NCBI GenBank assembly: GCA_965205865.1
Contig: CBDBHR010000030.1
Coordinates: forward strand, 1-64,000
Source of the DNA: a bacterium
GTDB taxonomy: Bacteria; SAR324; NAC60-12
Direction: 5' to 3'
Length of the DNA: 64,000 nucleotides
How positions within the stretch are numbered: position 1 is the stretch's first letter; each line of letters begins with the position of its first letter. Below the pieces are notes generated by a model. It did not search any database. It saw only the letters and a list, made by a program, of their open reading frames with translations, and was not told the DNA's origin. The position numbers and the translations under genes are program-made. Positions 21,763-32,047 of this stretch are shown here, piece after piece.

Positions 21763-22772
21763 AACAGTCTTCCCTTGAAGAGTCCTGTTGGTCGTATGAG
21801 CAGCACGATGACCAGCATCATGAATGAGATGGCAAATTTATAGTCCGTGGACAAGAGTTGCATGAGACCGTCTGCTTGCCAACCCGAGGGGAGCAGATAA
21901 CCTAGAAATTTCTTATAGGCGTATGTGATCGATACTTCAGAGAAAGCAATGACGAAGCCTCCGACAACCGCGCCAATGGGCTGGCCGATACCGCCGACGA
22001 CGGCGGCGGCAAAAACAGGCAAAAGCAGTTGAAAGTAGGTGAAAGGTTTAAAACTCTTATCCAACCCATAAAGGACTCCCGCAATCGTTGCCAACACGGC
22101 GGCAATGACCCAGGTCATCATCACGACACGATTGGGGTCAATCCCTGAAAGCAAAGCTAAGTCCTCATTGTCTGAAAAGGCGCGCATGGCTTTGCCCATC
22201 CGGGTCTTGTTGAGAAAATGGAACAAGAGAATAACAGCGATCAAGGTAATGACAAGCGTCACTCCTTGCGTCATGCGGATCGACAATCCTTCCGCCAATC
22301 CCATGATTTCCTTGAATTCCCGCGCATGAATGATAAAGCGCTCGCCATCCGTAAACTGACGATCATTGGGACCGATGATAAAACGGGTAAGACCGTTCAT
22401 GACAAACATCACTCCCACAGACGCAATGACCATTAAAATGGAGGCGCTACGCTCTTCCCGAAAGTATTGATAGACCAGCTTGTCTGTTAAAAGAGCCATG
22501 GCAATGGCAGCAAGCGCGCCAAAAGGAATGGCAAGCAGCGCGGTGGGTAAGACTCCCAATCCCACTCCCATGGATTGTAAGAACCATGTGACTAAGATCG
22601 TCACCATGGCCCCGAAAGCCATCATCTCACCATGAGCGAAATTTGAAAATCGCAGGATGCCATAGATCAGCGTCGCCCCCAGAGCGCCCAGAGCGAGCTG
22701 CGCCCCATAAGCAATGCCGGGAATGATGACGTAGTTGCAAAGAAGAACGAGAGCATTGAGGAAATCTTCCAT
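21759..22772 (-). CDS. livH: Branched-chain amino acid ABC permease
   Basis: NFAHGE, TRMGKAMRA, RPTGLF. Confidence 0.9.
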   Translation of the reverse strand: MEDFLNALVLLCNYVIIPGIAYGAQLALGALGATLIYGILRFSNFAHGEMMAFGAMVTILVTWFLQSMGVGLGVLPTALLAIPFGALAAIAMALLTDKLVYQYFREERSASILMVIASVGVMFVMNGLTRFIIGPNDRQFTDGERFIIHAREFKEIMGLAEGLSIRMTQGVTLVITLIAVILLFHFLNKTRMGKAMRAFSDNEDLALLSGIDPNRVVMMTWVIAAVLATIAGVLYGLDKSFKPFTYFQLLLPVFAAAVVGGIGQPIGAVVGGFVIAFSEVSITYAYKKFLGYLLPSGWQADGLMQLLSTDYKFAISFMMLVIVLLIRPTGLFKGRLF

Positions 22773-22775
22773 TTT

Positions 22776-23483
22776 TCAGCCCCCCAAAAAGGACTTGCGC
22801 ACGTCAGGATTTTCAAGCAGAGCGGCACCGGTATCACTGAATCGATTTTCCCCATTGACCAATACATAACCAACGTCGGCAATCTCCAAAGCTTTGCGGG
22901 CATTTTGTTCCACCATGATTACCGCAATCCCTTGATTGCGGATTTCCAAAATGCGGTTGAATAGCTCGTCCATGATGATCGGAGAGACGCCCGCGGTGGG
23001 TTCATCCAGCATTAAAATCGAAGGCTGCGTCATCAATGCCCGAGCGACGGCAACTTGTTGACGCTGTCCTCCGGAAAGCTCGCCTGCCAGTTGCCGTTTT
23101 TTTTCTTTCAAGACCGGAAACAACGTATAGACTTGCTCGAGATTAGTCTGAAAGTATTTTCGGTGTTGGAAGGCCCCCATTTCGAGATTTTCGAGCACCG
23201 TCATTGTCGTAAAGATATTACTGTTCTGCGGAACAAACGCCATCCCTGCTTTCACCCGCTCTTGAGGCAACAAATCAGTGATGTCGCGACCCTCCAGTTT
23301 GACGCAGCCTTCGCGTAGGTTCAGCATGCCGATCACTGCGCGCATCGCTGTCGATTTACCTGCGCCATTGGGGCCGACCACGACCGCAATCTGCTTACGA
23401 TCGACGGCGATGGTGCAACCCCTGAGAATATTGTCCGCCTGACCATAGCCTCCCACCATATTTTCAGCGACAAGAAAACTCAT
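22776..23483 (-). CDS. livF: Branched-chain amino acid ABC ATPase
   Basis: GPNGAGKST, LSGGQ, LDEP, VEQNA; start set at MSFLV because the upstream extension is repeat-derived. Confidence 0.92.
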   Translation of the reverse strand: MSFLVAENMVGGYGQADNILRGCTIAVDRKQIAVVVGPNGAGKSTAMRAVIGMLNLREGCVKLEGRDITDLLPQERVKAGMAFVPQNSNIFTTMTVLENLEMGAFQHRKYFQTNLEQVYTLFPVLKEKKRQLAGELSGGQRQQVAVARALMTQPSILMLDEPTAGVSPIIMDELFNRILEIRNQGIAVIMVEQNARKALEIADVGYVLVNGENRFSDTGAALLENPDVRKSFLGG

Positions 23484-23513
23484 CAAAAATGTCCTTTCCA
23501 AAGTTTTGTTGGA

Positions 23514-23648
23514 TTGATCCCCCTCACCCTGACCCTCTCCCTCCGGGGGAGAGGGGACGTTGATCCCCCTCACCCTGACCCTCTCCCTCCGGGGGAGAGG
23601 GGACGTTGATCCCCCTCACCCTGACCCTCTCCCTCCGGGGGAGAGGGA
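23514..23648. repeat. Three tandem 46-bp REP-like hairpins (CCCCTCACCCTGACCCTCTCCCTCCGGGGGAGAGGG)
   Basis: Units start at 23514, 23560 and 23606; the last supplies the livG stop codon. Confidence 0.9.
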
Positions 23649-24410
23649 ACAGGGGCGCCCCTTGCCCAGGTAAGATTCGATCACTATTTCGTTAGACCTC
23701 ACTGCGTTCGCTGACCCTTCAAACAAAACGGCGCCTTCGGCCATCACGATCACCGGGTCGCACAGGCGTGTAATGAAATCCATATCATGTTCGATCATGC
23801 AAAAGGTATAACCCTGTTCTTCATTCAAGCGCAAAATAGCATCTCCTATCGTTTTAAGCAGGGTGCGGTTCACCCCGGCACCCACTTCATCCAAAAAAAC
23901 TATTTTCGTATCGACCATCATCGTGCGACCCAACTCCAACAGTTTTTTTTGACCCCCGGAGAGGTTGCCTGCCAACTCTTCCGCAACTTGGGACATTTGC
24001 AGAAATTCAATCACTTCGTCCGCTTTTTCACGATTGACCTTTTCCTGCGCGCGAACCTTGGCCCCGTGGAACCAGGCTTGCCAAAGGCGTTCACCCGCCT
24101 GCTTTCCCGGAACCATCATCAAGTTTTCACGTACCGTCAAAGTAGAAAATTCATGAGCAATCTGAAAAGTGCGCAGCAGTCCTTTGTAAAAAACCTGGTG
24201 GGGTTTGAGCCCCGTGATGTCTTCTTGATCAAGATAAACCTTGCCCGACGTGGGGGAAAGGGCACCGGCAACGACGTTGAAAAGCGTGGTCTTCCCGGCA
24301 CCATTGGGTCCGATCAAACCGGTGATGGAACCGTTGGCAATCTCGAGCGAAACCCCATTCAAGGCGCGGATTCCTCCGAAGAGCTTATGGATATTCTCAA
24401 CACGAAGCAT
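23616..24410 (-). CDS. livG: Branched-chain amino acid ABC ATPase
   Basis: GPNGAGKTT, RTFQ, LSGGQKK, IEHDM, ESYLG. Confidence 0.92.
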   Translation of the reverse strand: MLRVENIHKLFGGIRALNGVSLEIANGSITGLIGPNGAGKTTLFNVVAGALSPTSGKVYLDQEDITGLKPHQVFYKGLLRTFQIAHEFSTLTVRENLMMVPGKQAGERLWQAWFHGAKVRAQEKVNREKADEVIEFLQMSQVAEELAGNLSGGQKKLLELGRTMMVDTKIVFLDEVGAGVNRTLLKTIGDAILRLNEEQGYTFCMIEHDMDFITRLCDPVIVMAEGAVLFEGSANAVRSNEIVIESYLGKGRPCSLSPGGRGSG

Positions 24411-24437
24411 AGAGAGGAGCCATCAGGAAGAGGGGAG

Positions 24438-24461
24438 CATGCCTGGCGGAAGCCAGGCATG
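24438..24461 (-). terminator. Intercistronic stem-loop after the binding-protein gene (terminator or mRNA stabiliser)
   Basis: Perfect 10-bp stem CATGCCTGGC-GGAA-GCCAGGCATG. Confidence 0.55.
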
Positions 24462-24494
24462 GACAAGTTTCGTGGTCTGGTCAAACAGCGAGAA

Positions 24495-25679
24495 TCAATG
24501 GTATTGGACGACGGTATATTCACCGTTTTCAATCACCTGTTCTTTGTAGGAGCCATAAGTTTCGCCAATTTCATTCAACTCGACGTTGCTCGCCCCCACG
24601 TAATCAACGTCACCTCCCTCAGCAAGAATCTTCAGACCCTTGGCCAACTCACCCGGCATGATCATTTCACCAGGCGCGTTGGCAACATCCATGATTTTTT
24701 GCTGAATTGCCGCGCGGTCCGACGAGCCTGCGGCTTGCATTGCCAGGATAATCAGGGCTGCCGAGTCGTAGGATTCGCCGACAAAGGGATCTGATCCATC
24801 AAATCCGGCGGCCATGGCGATATCCAGGAAGGATGCCGCACCCGCAGAATCACTGCCGGGAACAACCGTCACCAGACCTTCGACTCCTTCTCCAAGATTC
24901 TCGATCAATGATTTTCCAACCATGCCGTCACCACCAAAAAAACTACTGAATGCCCCCGCGTCCAAGGCAGCCTGTATGATTCCTTTGCCACCTTGGTCCA
25001 CGTATCCGAAAACCATGAGATGCTCTGCACTGGTGGCAGCCAGGGCGCCCACTTCGGCAGAATAATCCGCTTTGCCATCTTCGTGGGCCGCAGTCATCCC
25101 GATGGTCCCGCCCTTTGCTTTAAAGGCGGCGCCAAAGGAATCGGCAAGACCCTTGCCGTAGTCGTTGTTGGTGTAAGTAATGGCAACGTTGGTGACGCCA
25201 CGACGCTCGAGGACATCGGCAATTACCTGTCCCTGGCGGACGTCCGAAGGGGCAACGCGAAAAAAATATCCGTTGTCGTTCAAGGTGGACAAAGCAGGAG
25301 AAGTGGCGGAAGGGGATACCATAACGACACCATTTGGAATGGCAACGTTATTGGCAACAGCCATGGTCACGCCGGAGCAATCCGCTCCCATAATCGCGGC
25401 CACTTTGTCTGAAGTGACCAGACGCTCCGCGGCAGCCGTTGCGGCGGCGGCATCTATGCAGGTGCTGTCTCCGCGTACCGATTCCACGGTTTGACCTCCT
25501 AACAAAATGCCGCTTTCGGATGCTTCCCTCATAGCGAGCTCCGCCCCTTGCGCAATAGCAGGTGTCAGTGATTCGATTGGTCCGGTAAAGCCGACGAGGA
25601 TTCCCACTTTGATGGAATCAGCGTAGGCATTCATCATAAAAAATGCGCTCATTATCGCAATTAAAGATAGCTTTTTCAT
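24495..25679 (-). CDS. livK: Branched-chain amino acid ABC substrate-binding protein
   Basis: Signal peptide MKKLSL..AYA; SPSATSPALS, FFRVAPSD, NDYG; RBS GGAGAG. Confidence 0.88.
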   Translation of the reverse strand: MKKLSLIAIMSAFFMMNAYADSIKVGILVGFTGPIESLTPAIAQGAELAMREASESGILLGGQTVESVRGDSTCIDAAAATAAAERLVTSDKVAAIMGADCSGVTMAVANNVAIPNGVVMVSPSATSPALSTLNDNGYFFRVAPSDVRQGQVIADVLERRGVTNVAITYTNNDYGKGLADSFGAAFKAKGGTIGMTAAHEDGKADYSAEVGALAATSAEHLMVFGYVDQGGKGIIQAALDAGAFSSFFGGDGMVGKSLIENLGEGVEGLVTVVPGSDSAGAASFLDIAMAAGFDGSDPFVGESYDSAALIILAMQAAGSSDRAAIQQKIMDVANAPGEMIMPGELAKGLKILAEGGDVDYVGASNVELNEIGETYGSYKEQVIENGEYTVVQYH

Positions 25680-25734
25680 GTTTCTCTCCATTTCATATTT
25701 AATACTCGATTCACGAGGATTCTCACCCGAGCGA

Positions 25735-26859
25735 TCAAATGAGATCATGGGCGAGTTTTGCGCCTGCGTGAACAATGGTTTTGAAATTTCCAGGCAACGT
25801 CACTTCCAATAATTCAAGCTCCTCCGAACAATTGGAAAGGGACGTTTTCAAATTTGGCGGAATGACGAATGCGTCACCCGCCCTCAACACATGAGACCTT
25901 TGACCCTCGGCGAGAAGGGTCAATTGCCCTTGTGTCACAAAGGAAAAAAGAAAATCTGCCGTGTGACTCGTCACTTGAGCCAACGCGCTGCCAGGATTCC
26001 GGGCCACCTGCACCGAAGCAATACCCGCCGTCGCACGGCAAATACCTGTTTCCCGAAAGGAAAATCCTGCCAGTCTCCAAGGATTCCAGACCGCCTTTCG
26101 CAGCTCATCTCTGCAAAATTTCTGCCCGCCAAAATCACGCTCCGGTTTGAAGACCGCAGTGGGCAAATTCAATTCATGATCGATGGTGGTGACGTGACGC
26201 GCCGGTACGCCAATTTCGATCACTTCAAGCATCTCGGATGCTTCAAGAACCCGATGCCTTATTTCAGGGGGTTGCAACAGACATTCCCCTGCTTTGAGAA
26301 CAAAAGGGGGCCCCTGATCTTCATAAACCACTCTGACCCAGCCTTTATAACAGAAAATCAATTGAAACTCAATGCTATGATAGTGAACCATGTCGGGCAC
26401 AGGTCCTCCTTGGGGGATACGGATGTGAGAGGCGATCATGAACCCCCCCAGGTGACCTGGAATCAAGTCCCGGTATTGCATCCCGGCGCGACCCATTCCC
26501 CACGAGGCATTATCCCGCAGGCGATGGACGACAAAAGCATGCTTCGGCTTGGGTGTCTGCAAAGGAAGCCTGGCATCCACAATCTCAATGCGAGTGCCGT
26601 TGGGCGCCTGCAAGTCCGGTGCGCCCCCTGCAAACGCTTGGGGATCGTTGCAGATCAATCTCAGTGAACCGGGAGCGATAGTTGCGCCGCGTTCCAAACG
26701 AATATGCGTCCCATACCCTGAGATTACCGCAACCGCCGGATCATCGGCAGGAAAAATCATATCCAAACGGAAACCCAGCTTCTTCGTAAAAAAAAGTAAA
26801 TCCGCCTGCAAGTCTTTGCACGGCAGGCGCACTTCAGCAAACACGACGTTTCCCACCAT
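25735..26859 (-). CDS. Glyoxalase-like N-terminal domain plus double cupin protein
   Basis: FFTKKLGFRL; GRAGMQYRDLIP, VHYH..QPPEIRHR cupin motif. Start uncertain; the long ORF extension overlapping murJ is rejected. Confidence 0.75.
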   Translation of the reverse strand: MVGNVVFAEVRLPCKDLQADLLFFTKKLGFRLDMIFPADDPAVAVISGYGTHIRLERGATIAPGSLRLICNDPQAFAGGAPDLQAPNGTRIEIVDARLPLQTPKPKHAFVVHRLRDNASWGMGRAGMQYRDLIPGHLGGFMIASHIRIPQGGPVPDMVHYHSIEFQLIFCYKGWVRVVYEDQGPPFVLKAGECLLQPPEIRHRVLEASEMLEVIEIGVPARHVTTIDHELNLPTAVFKPERDFGGQKFCRDELRKAVWNPWRLAGFSFRETGICRATAGIASVQVARNPGSALAQVTSHTADFLFSFVTQGQLTLLAEGQRSHVLRAGDAFVIPPNLKTSLSNCSEELELLEVTLPGNFKTIVHAGAKLAHDLI

Positions 26860-27005
26860 ATCGTTTGATCGTTCGGGTGGGAACCCAACCGAATTTTCCG
26901 TCATTGTCAATTCCCGCATTGGGTGGTAGTCCTCATAATCCGGCATAGGATTGGATTCTCTGAAACCATCATTCTTTAGTTGGATAGCACAAATGATTTT
27001 GAAAA

Positions 27006-28670
27006 TCACTGGCGTTTTGCCCAGTTCAGCCAGCGCATGGCCTGCGACTCCCGCAGCATGAGAAGTATTGCGAAATACAGGATCGAGGCGCCCACCAACA
27101 GGCCGCAAAAAATACCCCAATTTCTCAGGGAGAAAGAACCCTCCTGCCATTGTCCCCAATGGGAAATTTGCCAGGCGAATCCACCCATCACCGCAGAGGC
27201 GAGCGAATATTTCCAAAGATTGTTCCAAGACAGCCAGCGCCAGCGTAATTCTGCGCGCCGCCCCAGTAAGAGGATGAGCAACAGACACTGAAACCACGTT
27301 CCTGCGGACAATCCCAAGGCCAGACCGACGACCTCCAGAGAACGGCTCCACCACCAGCCGAGACCTCCGGTCACCAACAGGCTCAGGGCCGCGGCAACCA
27401 CAGGGGTTTTTGTGTCTTTGAAGGCATAGTAGACGGACACCAACAAGCGGATAGCCGTCACCGCGGGAAGCCCCAGGGCAAAGGCCTGCAGGGTGGGAAT
27501 GGTTTGTTGCGCGTCTGTCAGAGAATATGCGCCCCGCAGGTACATCATGGCGATGATGGGTTGCGCGGCTATTATCAATCCAACCGTGGAAGGCACCACG
27601 AAAAACATGGTAGCGGTAAAGGCGAAACGCAGCGTCTCTGTTGTCTTGTCCCAATCCGCTCGGGCAGCGTGCCGACTCATGTCCGGAAAACTGGCGGTGG
27701 TGAAGGCAAAGGCAAACAAACCCGCCACCAACTCCGTCAAACGACTTGCATTGTAATAGTAAGTGACCTGTCCTGATGGCAAAAAACTGGCAATGTTGCG
27801 CAGTATGATAATATTGATCTGATAGACGGCCACTCCGAACAAGGCGGGCGCCAGCAAACGCAATAGCCGGTGAATCCGGGGGTCATGCCAGGGCCAGCGT
27901 GGACGAATGGAGCGCGGAAATGGTCCGTCGAAGCGGCGGCGCAAAACAGGGGTCTGCAATGAAATCTGCATTATCCCTCCCAGCAGCACCCCCCATCCAA
28001 GCGCGACAACAGGCTGCTCCAAATAGGGAGAAAGGAACAGGGCTGCTCCAATGATGCACAGATTGAGCAAAATAGGAGCGGCGGCAGGCGCTGCAAAGTG
28101 TTTTTCCGCATTCAAGAGGCCCATGGCCCAGGCAACAACAGAAACCAGAATCAAATAGGGAAACATCAGGCGGGTCAAGTCCACCGTCAATTGAAATTTT
28201 GCAGGATCGCTGCGGAAACCGGTTGCGATCAGATAGACGAGTTGGGGACTGAAGATCATTCCCAAAGCCGTCAAAAAAAGGGTCGTCCAGAGCACCAGTC
28301 CCAGGGTTTTTTGAGCAAATTGTCGCGCCTGGGAGGCCCCTTCCTTTTCACGGACTTCCGTATAAACCGGTATGAATGCCAGAGTCATCGATCCTTCTGC
28401 AGTCAGCCTCCGTAAAAGGTTGGGGATGGTGAAGGCCTGGATAAACGCATCGGTGACCAGCCCCGCTCCAAAAACGTAAGCAATCACCAGGTCACGCAGG
28501 GCTCCTAAAATACGGGAAATCAGAGTATAGAAAGTAATGGTACCCGCATGTTGGTAAATTTGACGCTTTTCCGATGCCGCATTTTTGCCGACAGCGTTTT
28601 TCTCAATATTCAATTTTTCCAAAAAATAAAGAACTCGGGCTTGTGGGTTGTTCCAAGTTGCGGTATTCAC
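27006..28670 (-). CDS. murJ: Lipid II flippase MurJ/MviN
   Basis: SRILGALRD, DAF..AFTIPNLLRRLTAEG, ASRL, YYAFKDTKTP; true start may lie further downstream. Confidence 0.93.
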   Translation of the reverse strand: MNTATWNNPQARVLYFLEKLNIEKNAVGKNAASEKRQIYQHAGTITFYTLISRILGALRDLVIAYVFGAGLVTDAFIQAFTIPNLLRRLTAEGSMTLAFIPVYTEVREKEGASQARQFAQKTLGLVLWTTLFLTALGMIFSPQLVYLIATGFRSDPAKFQLTVDLTRLMFPYLILVSVVAWAMGLLNAEKHFAAPAAAPILLNLCIIGAALFLSPYLEQPVVALGWGVLLGGIMQISLQTPVLRRRFDGPFPRSIRPRWPWHDPRIHRLLRLLAPALFGVAVYQINIIILRNIASFLPSGQVTYYYNASRLTELVAGLFAFAFTTASFPDMSRHAARADWDKTTETLRFAFTATMFFVVPSTVGLIIAAQPIIAMMYLRGAYSLTDAQQTIPTLQAFALGLPAVTAIRLLVSVYYAFKDTKTPVVAAALSLLVTGGLGWWWSRSLEVVGLALGLSAGTWFQCLLLILLLGRRAELRWRWLSWNNLWKYSLASAVMGGFAWQISHWGQWQEGSFSLRNWGIFCGLLVGASILYFAILLMLRESQAMRWLNWAKRQ

Positions 28671-28729
28671 ATCGTTGATTTTTCAGCTCGCCTTGGCCTT
28701 CATGAGAAACTCCAACTGAGAAAATCAGA

Positions 28730-31700
28730 ATGCATCCATCATACAAAGGTTATTTTCGCAATCCAACTGTTTTTAAAGATCGCCTGGTTTTCGTCTGTGA
28801 AGATGATCTCTGGCAAGTCCCCTTATCGGGGGGTCTCGCATTGCGGCTCACCAGCTCGAGAGGTCATATTTTCTCCCCTCGCTTTTCAGCGGACGGGCAA
28901 TGGCTGGCTTGTTGCGGACGGGATGAGGGTCATGATGACGTTTATATTTTGCCCGCCAGCGGTGGTCCTTTGCAGCGTTTGACTTATCTGAACACTGCCA
29001 TGCGCGTTGTGGGTTGGATGCCGGAGGGCAAACGAATTGTTTTTTGGAGTACCCATCAATCCGTCCATCAAAACGCGGATGCCCGGCTTTATACCGTCAG
29101 CATCGAAGGAGGCCCTCTACAATCACTGCCATACGGTCCGGCGCACTTTATCGACTTTGCTCCTGATGACAAAGGTATCGTTCTGGGCAGAAATGCGGCG
29201 CACAATTTTCGCTGGAAACGTTATCGTGGTGGAATGAGCGGTGAAATCTGGGTTCGTTCTAAAGGCAAAAGGAAATTCGTACGTCTCCGTTTCGGTGGAT
29301 CGCGCCATTCACTGCAGGGCAATCCGGTATCTCCTTTGTGGATTGGCTCCCGTCTCTACTTCGTCTGCGATCACCAGGGGATTGGCAATCTCTATTCCTC
29401 TCTTCCCGATGGCAGTGATTTGCTTCAAGAAACGTTTCATGAAAAATCTTATGTGCGGGATCCGACAACGGATGGCCAAACCCTCGTCTATCACGCCCAC
29501 GGAGATCTGTATTCTCTCGATCCGAGCTCTAAAGTCCATCATGCGATAGATATCGAATGGCGCAGCCCGCGGGTCCAGCTACAACGTAAATTTTTCTATA
29601 GCGATGAATACCTGGAAAATGTCGCCATCCATCCGCAAGGCCATAGCATTGCTTTAACCGCGCGTGGCGCCTTGTTTTCCATGCCGCTCTGGGAAAAAGC
29701 AGTCAGCCAGCATGGACGGAATCAAGGAATTCGCTCGAGGCTTGTTCAATGGCTTCCGGATGGCCGTATGGCTACCTTGCTGGATTGGAAGAAAGCCGAG
29801 GGCTCCCAGCCGATCGATCAAACAATACTGTCGCAAGAAAAACTGGGGATTTTTCCGCATCATCCCCAATTGGAACCGGAGTTGGTGTTGGATCTTCCCC
29901 CGGGACGGGTGCAAAGCATGAAAAGTTCTCCCGAAAAAAATCAGCTTGCCTTGACCACAAATCGAATGGAACTCTTCTTACTCGAAATCGATTCTCAAAC
30001 TCTGTCCAAGCTCGATGATTCTCCCCTGCGAGAAATTCGAGACATCACCTTTTCTCCGGATGGCAACTGGCTGGCATACAGCAAACCTCTGGCCTTGGAG
30101 TTGACTGCGATCTTTCTGGTGAACTTGAACGGCAAAACAGTGCGCCAACTGACCCGGCCGGTGCGTTACGATTTTGCACCGGCTTTCGAACCTCACGGTC
30201 TTTACCTTTATTTTCTTTCTTCTCGCACCTACAATCCGATTGCCGATACCGTGCAGGTTGGGGTTGCTTTTTCACGCTCGATCAAACCTTATCTCATCAC
30301 TCTGCAAAAGGAAACCAGCAGTCCCTTTTCCCCTCAACCCCATGCTCCCGGAAAACACAAAGACCCGGACGAGGAGAAACCCCCTATCGGCGGGGCGTCG
30401 CTAAATAGAGAAAAAGCGCCGCCTCGAGATTTGAAAATCGATTTGGAGGGCATCGAAAACCGGATTGTCGAGTTTCCCGTCAAGGAAAGCTTATATGAGC
30501 AAATCATAGGACTCTCCGACAAAGTCATCTTTACGGAATTTCCCCTGACAGGAGAACTGGAAGAACACGAAGACGAAAAAAACGAAAAACACAAGGGGCT
30601 TTTATGGTGTTATGATTTTAAAAAACAGGAACTGGAAGAATGGGGGCGGGACGTCTCCTGGATGGAAACCACGCCCTGCGCGCAGACGCTGCTTTATTTC
30701 TCGGAAAACCGCATCCGGGTGGTGGAAGCGGTTCACCCGATTCCGGAAGAACAGGAACGCTACCCGGAAGGAGGAGAAAGCGCTTCCAGTCGCAAAAACG
30801 GGTGGCTGGATTTGAGCCGGGTGCGTATTTCTGTCGATTATGCGGCAGAATGGGAGCAAATGTTCCGGGAGACGTGGCGATTGCAAAAGGAATTTTTCTG
30901 GCGCCTGGATTTGTCCGGGGTGGATTGGGAAAGAATTTACGAACTATATGCCCCCTTGGTCCGGAGAGTGGGCTCACGTTCCGAACTTTCCGATTTGATT
31001 TGGGAAATGCAAGGCGAACTGGGCACGTCCCACGCTTATGAATACGGAGGGGACTATCCTCCTTCCGCAGAATACTGGATTGGACTCCTTGGCGCGGACT
31101 TGGAATATGACCGTCGCCGGAAATGCTATATTTTCCGAAAAATTTACCAGGGAGATGTTTGGAAGAAAAATGAGCATTCCCCTTTGTGTGAGCCCGGGCA
31201 TTTGATTGAGGAGGGGGATTGTCTGGTCGCAATTGGCGGCATCCCTGTTGGTCTTGAAACCTCCCCTGGACAATTACTGGCCCACCAGGCAGAACAGGAA
31301 GTACTGCTTTCCGTGAAGGCGCCCGACAAAAAAGCGGAGCTGCGGCATGTTGTCGTCAAAACCCTGCGCCATGAGCAACAGGTACGTTACCGGGATTGGG
31401 TCAAGGGCAATGCTCATTTTGTCCGTGAAAAGACCGCTGGGCAGATTGGCTACCTGCATATTCCTGATATGCAAGCTCGCGGAATTGCGGAATTCCATCG
31501 CGGGTATTTGTCACAAACCGACAAGGCCGGCTTGATCATCGATGCGCGTTACAACGCCGGGGGTATGGTTTCTCCTTTGATCCTGGAGAAACTGAGCCAC
31601 CGGCATCTCGGTTACGACGTTCCGCGCTGGGGTGTTCCGGAAACCTACCCTTACCACACCCTGCAAGGCCATCTGATTGTGCTGGCCAATGAATTCACCG

Positions 31701-32047
31701 GATCTGATGGAGATATGTTTTGTCAAAGCTTCAAGATGCTGAAGTTGGGAAAAATTATCGGGAAACGGACTTGGGGAGGAGTAATCGGGATCGACAACCG
31801 TTACCACTTGGTGGACAAAACCATGACCACCCAGCCTCAATACTCGGCTTGGTTTCATCATGCGGAATGGTCGGTGGAAAATTATGGCGTGGATCCTGAT
31901 ATCGAAGTGGAATTCCCACCGGAAGCTTATGCTGAAAATACGGATCCTCAATTGGAATTCGGCATTCGAGAAATGCTCACTCTTTTGGAAAAAGAACCCG
32001 TCCCCGTCATTCGATTTGATCCGGCCAACCGCCAGAAAATGCCTTAG
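28730..32047 (+). CDS. Tricorn protease homolog (S41 peptidase)
   Basis: Beta-propeller repeats, GELGTSHAY, PDZ, GYLHIPDM, DARYNAGG, GSDGD, GKRTWGG. Confidence 0.93.
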   Translation: MHPSYKGYFRNPTVFKDRLVFVCEDDLWQVPLSGGLALRLTSSRGHIFSPRFSADGQWLACCGRDEGHDDVYILPASGGPLQRLTYLNTAMRVVGWMPEGKRIVFWSTHQSVHQNADARLYTVSIEGGPLQSLPYGPAHFIDFAPDDKGIVLGRNAAHNFRWKRYRGGMSGEIWVRSKGKRKFVRLRFGGSRHSLQGNPVSPLWIGSRLYFVCDHQGIGNLYSSLPDGSDLLQETFHEKSYVRDPTTDGQTLVYHAHGDLYSLDPSSKVHHAIDIEWRSPRVQLQRKFFYSDEYLENVAIHPQGHSIALTARGALFSMPLWEKAVSQHGRNQGIRSRLVQWLPDGRMATLLDWKKAEGSQPIDQTILSQEKLGIFPHHPQLEPELVLDLPPGRVQSMKSSPEKNQLALTTNRMELFLLEIDSQTLSKLDDSPLREIRDITFSPDGNWLAYSKPLALELTAIFLVNLNGKTVRQLTRPVRYDFAPAFEPHGLYLYFLSSRTYNPIADTVQVGVAFSRSIKPYLITLQKETSSPFSPQPHAPGKHKDPDEEKPPIGGASLNREKAPPRDLKIDLEGIENRIVEFPVKESLYEQIIGLSDKVIFTEFPLTGELEEHEDEKNEKHKGLLWCYDFKKQELEEWGRDVSWMETTPCAQTLLYFSENRIRVVEAVHPIPEEQERYPEGGESASSRKNGWLDLSRVRISVDYAAEWEQMFRETWRLQKEFFWRLDLSGVDWERIYELYAPLVRRVGSRSELSDLIWEMQGELGTSHAYEYGGDYPPSAEYWIGLLGADLEYDRRRKCYIFRKIYQGDVWKKNEHSPLCEPGHLIEEGDCLVAIGGIPVGLETSPGQLLAHQAEQEVLLSVKAPDKKAELRHVVVKTLRHEQQVRYRDWVKGNAHFVREKTAGQIGYLHIPDMQARGIAEFHRGYLSQTDKAGLIIDARYNAGGMVSPLILEKLSHRHLGYDVPRWGVPETYPYHTLQGHLIVLANEFTGSDGDMFCQSFKMLKLGKIIGKRTWGGVIGIDNRYHLVDKTMTTQPQYSAWFHHAEWSVENYGVDPDIEVEFPPEAYAENTDPQLEFGIREMLTLLEKEPVPVIRFDPANRQKMP

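Noticed and set aside
26860-27654. 639-aa version of the cupin ORF
   Set aside because: The N-terminal extension overlaps murJ in another frame on the same strand and reads as shadow sequence.
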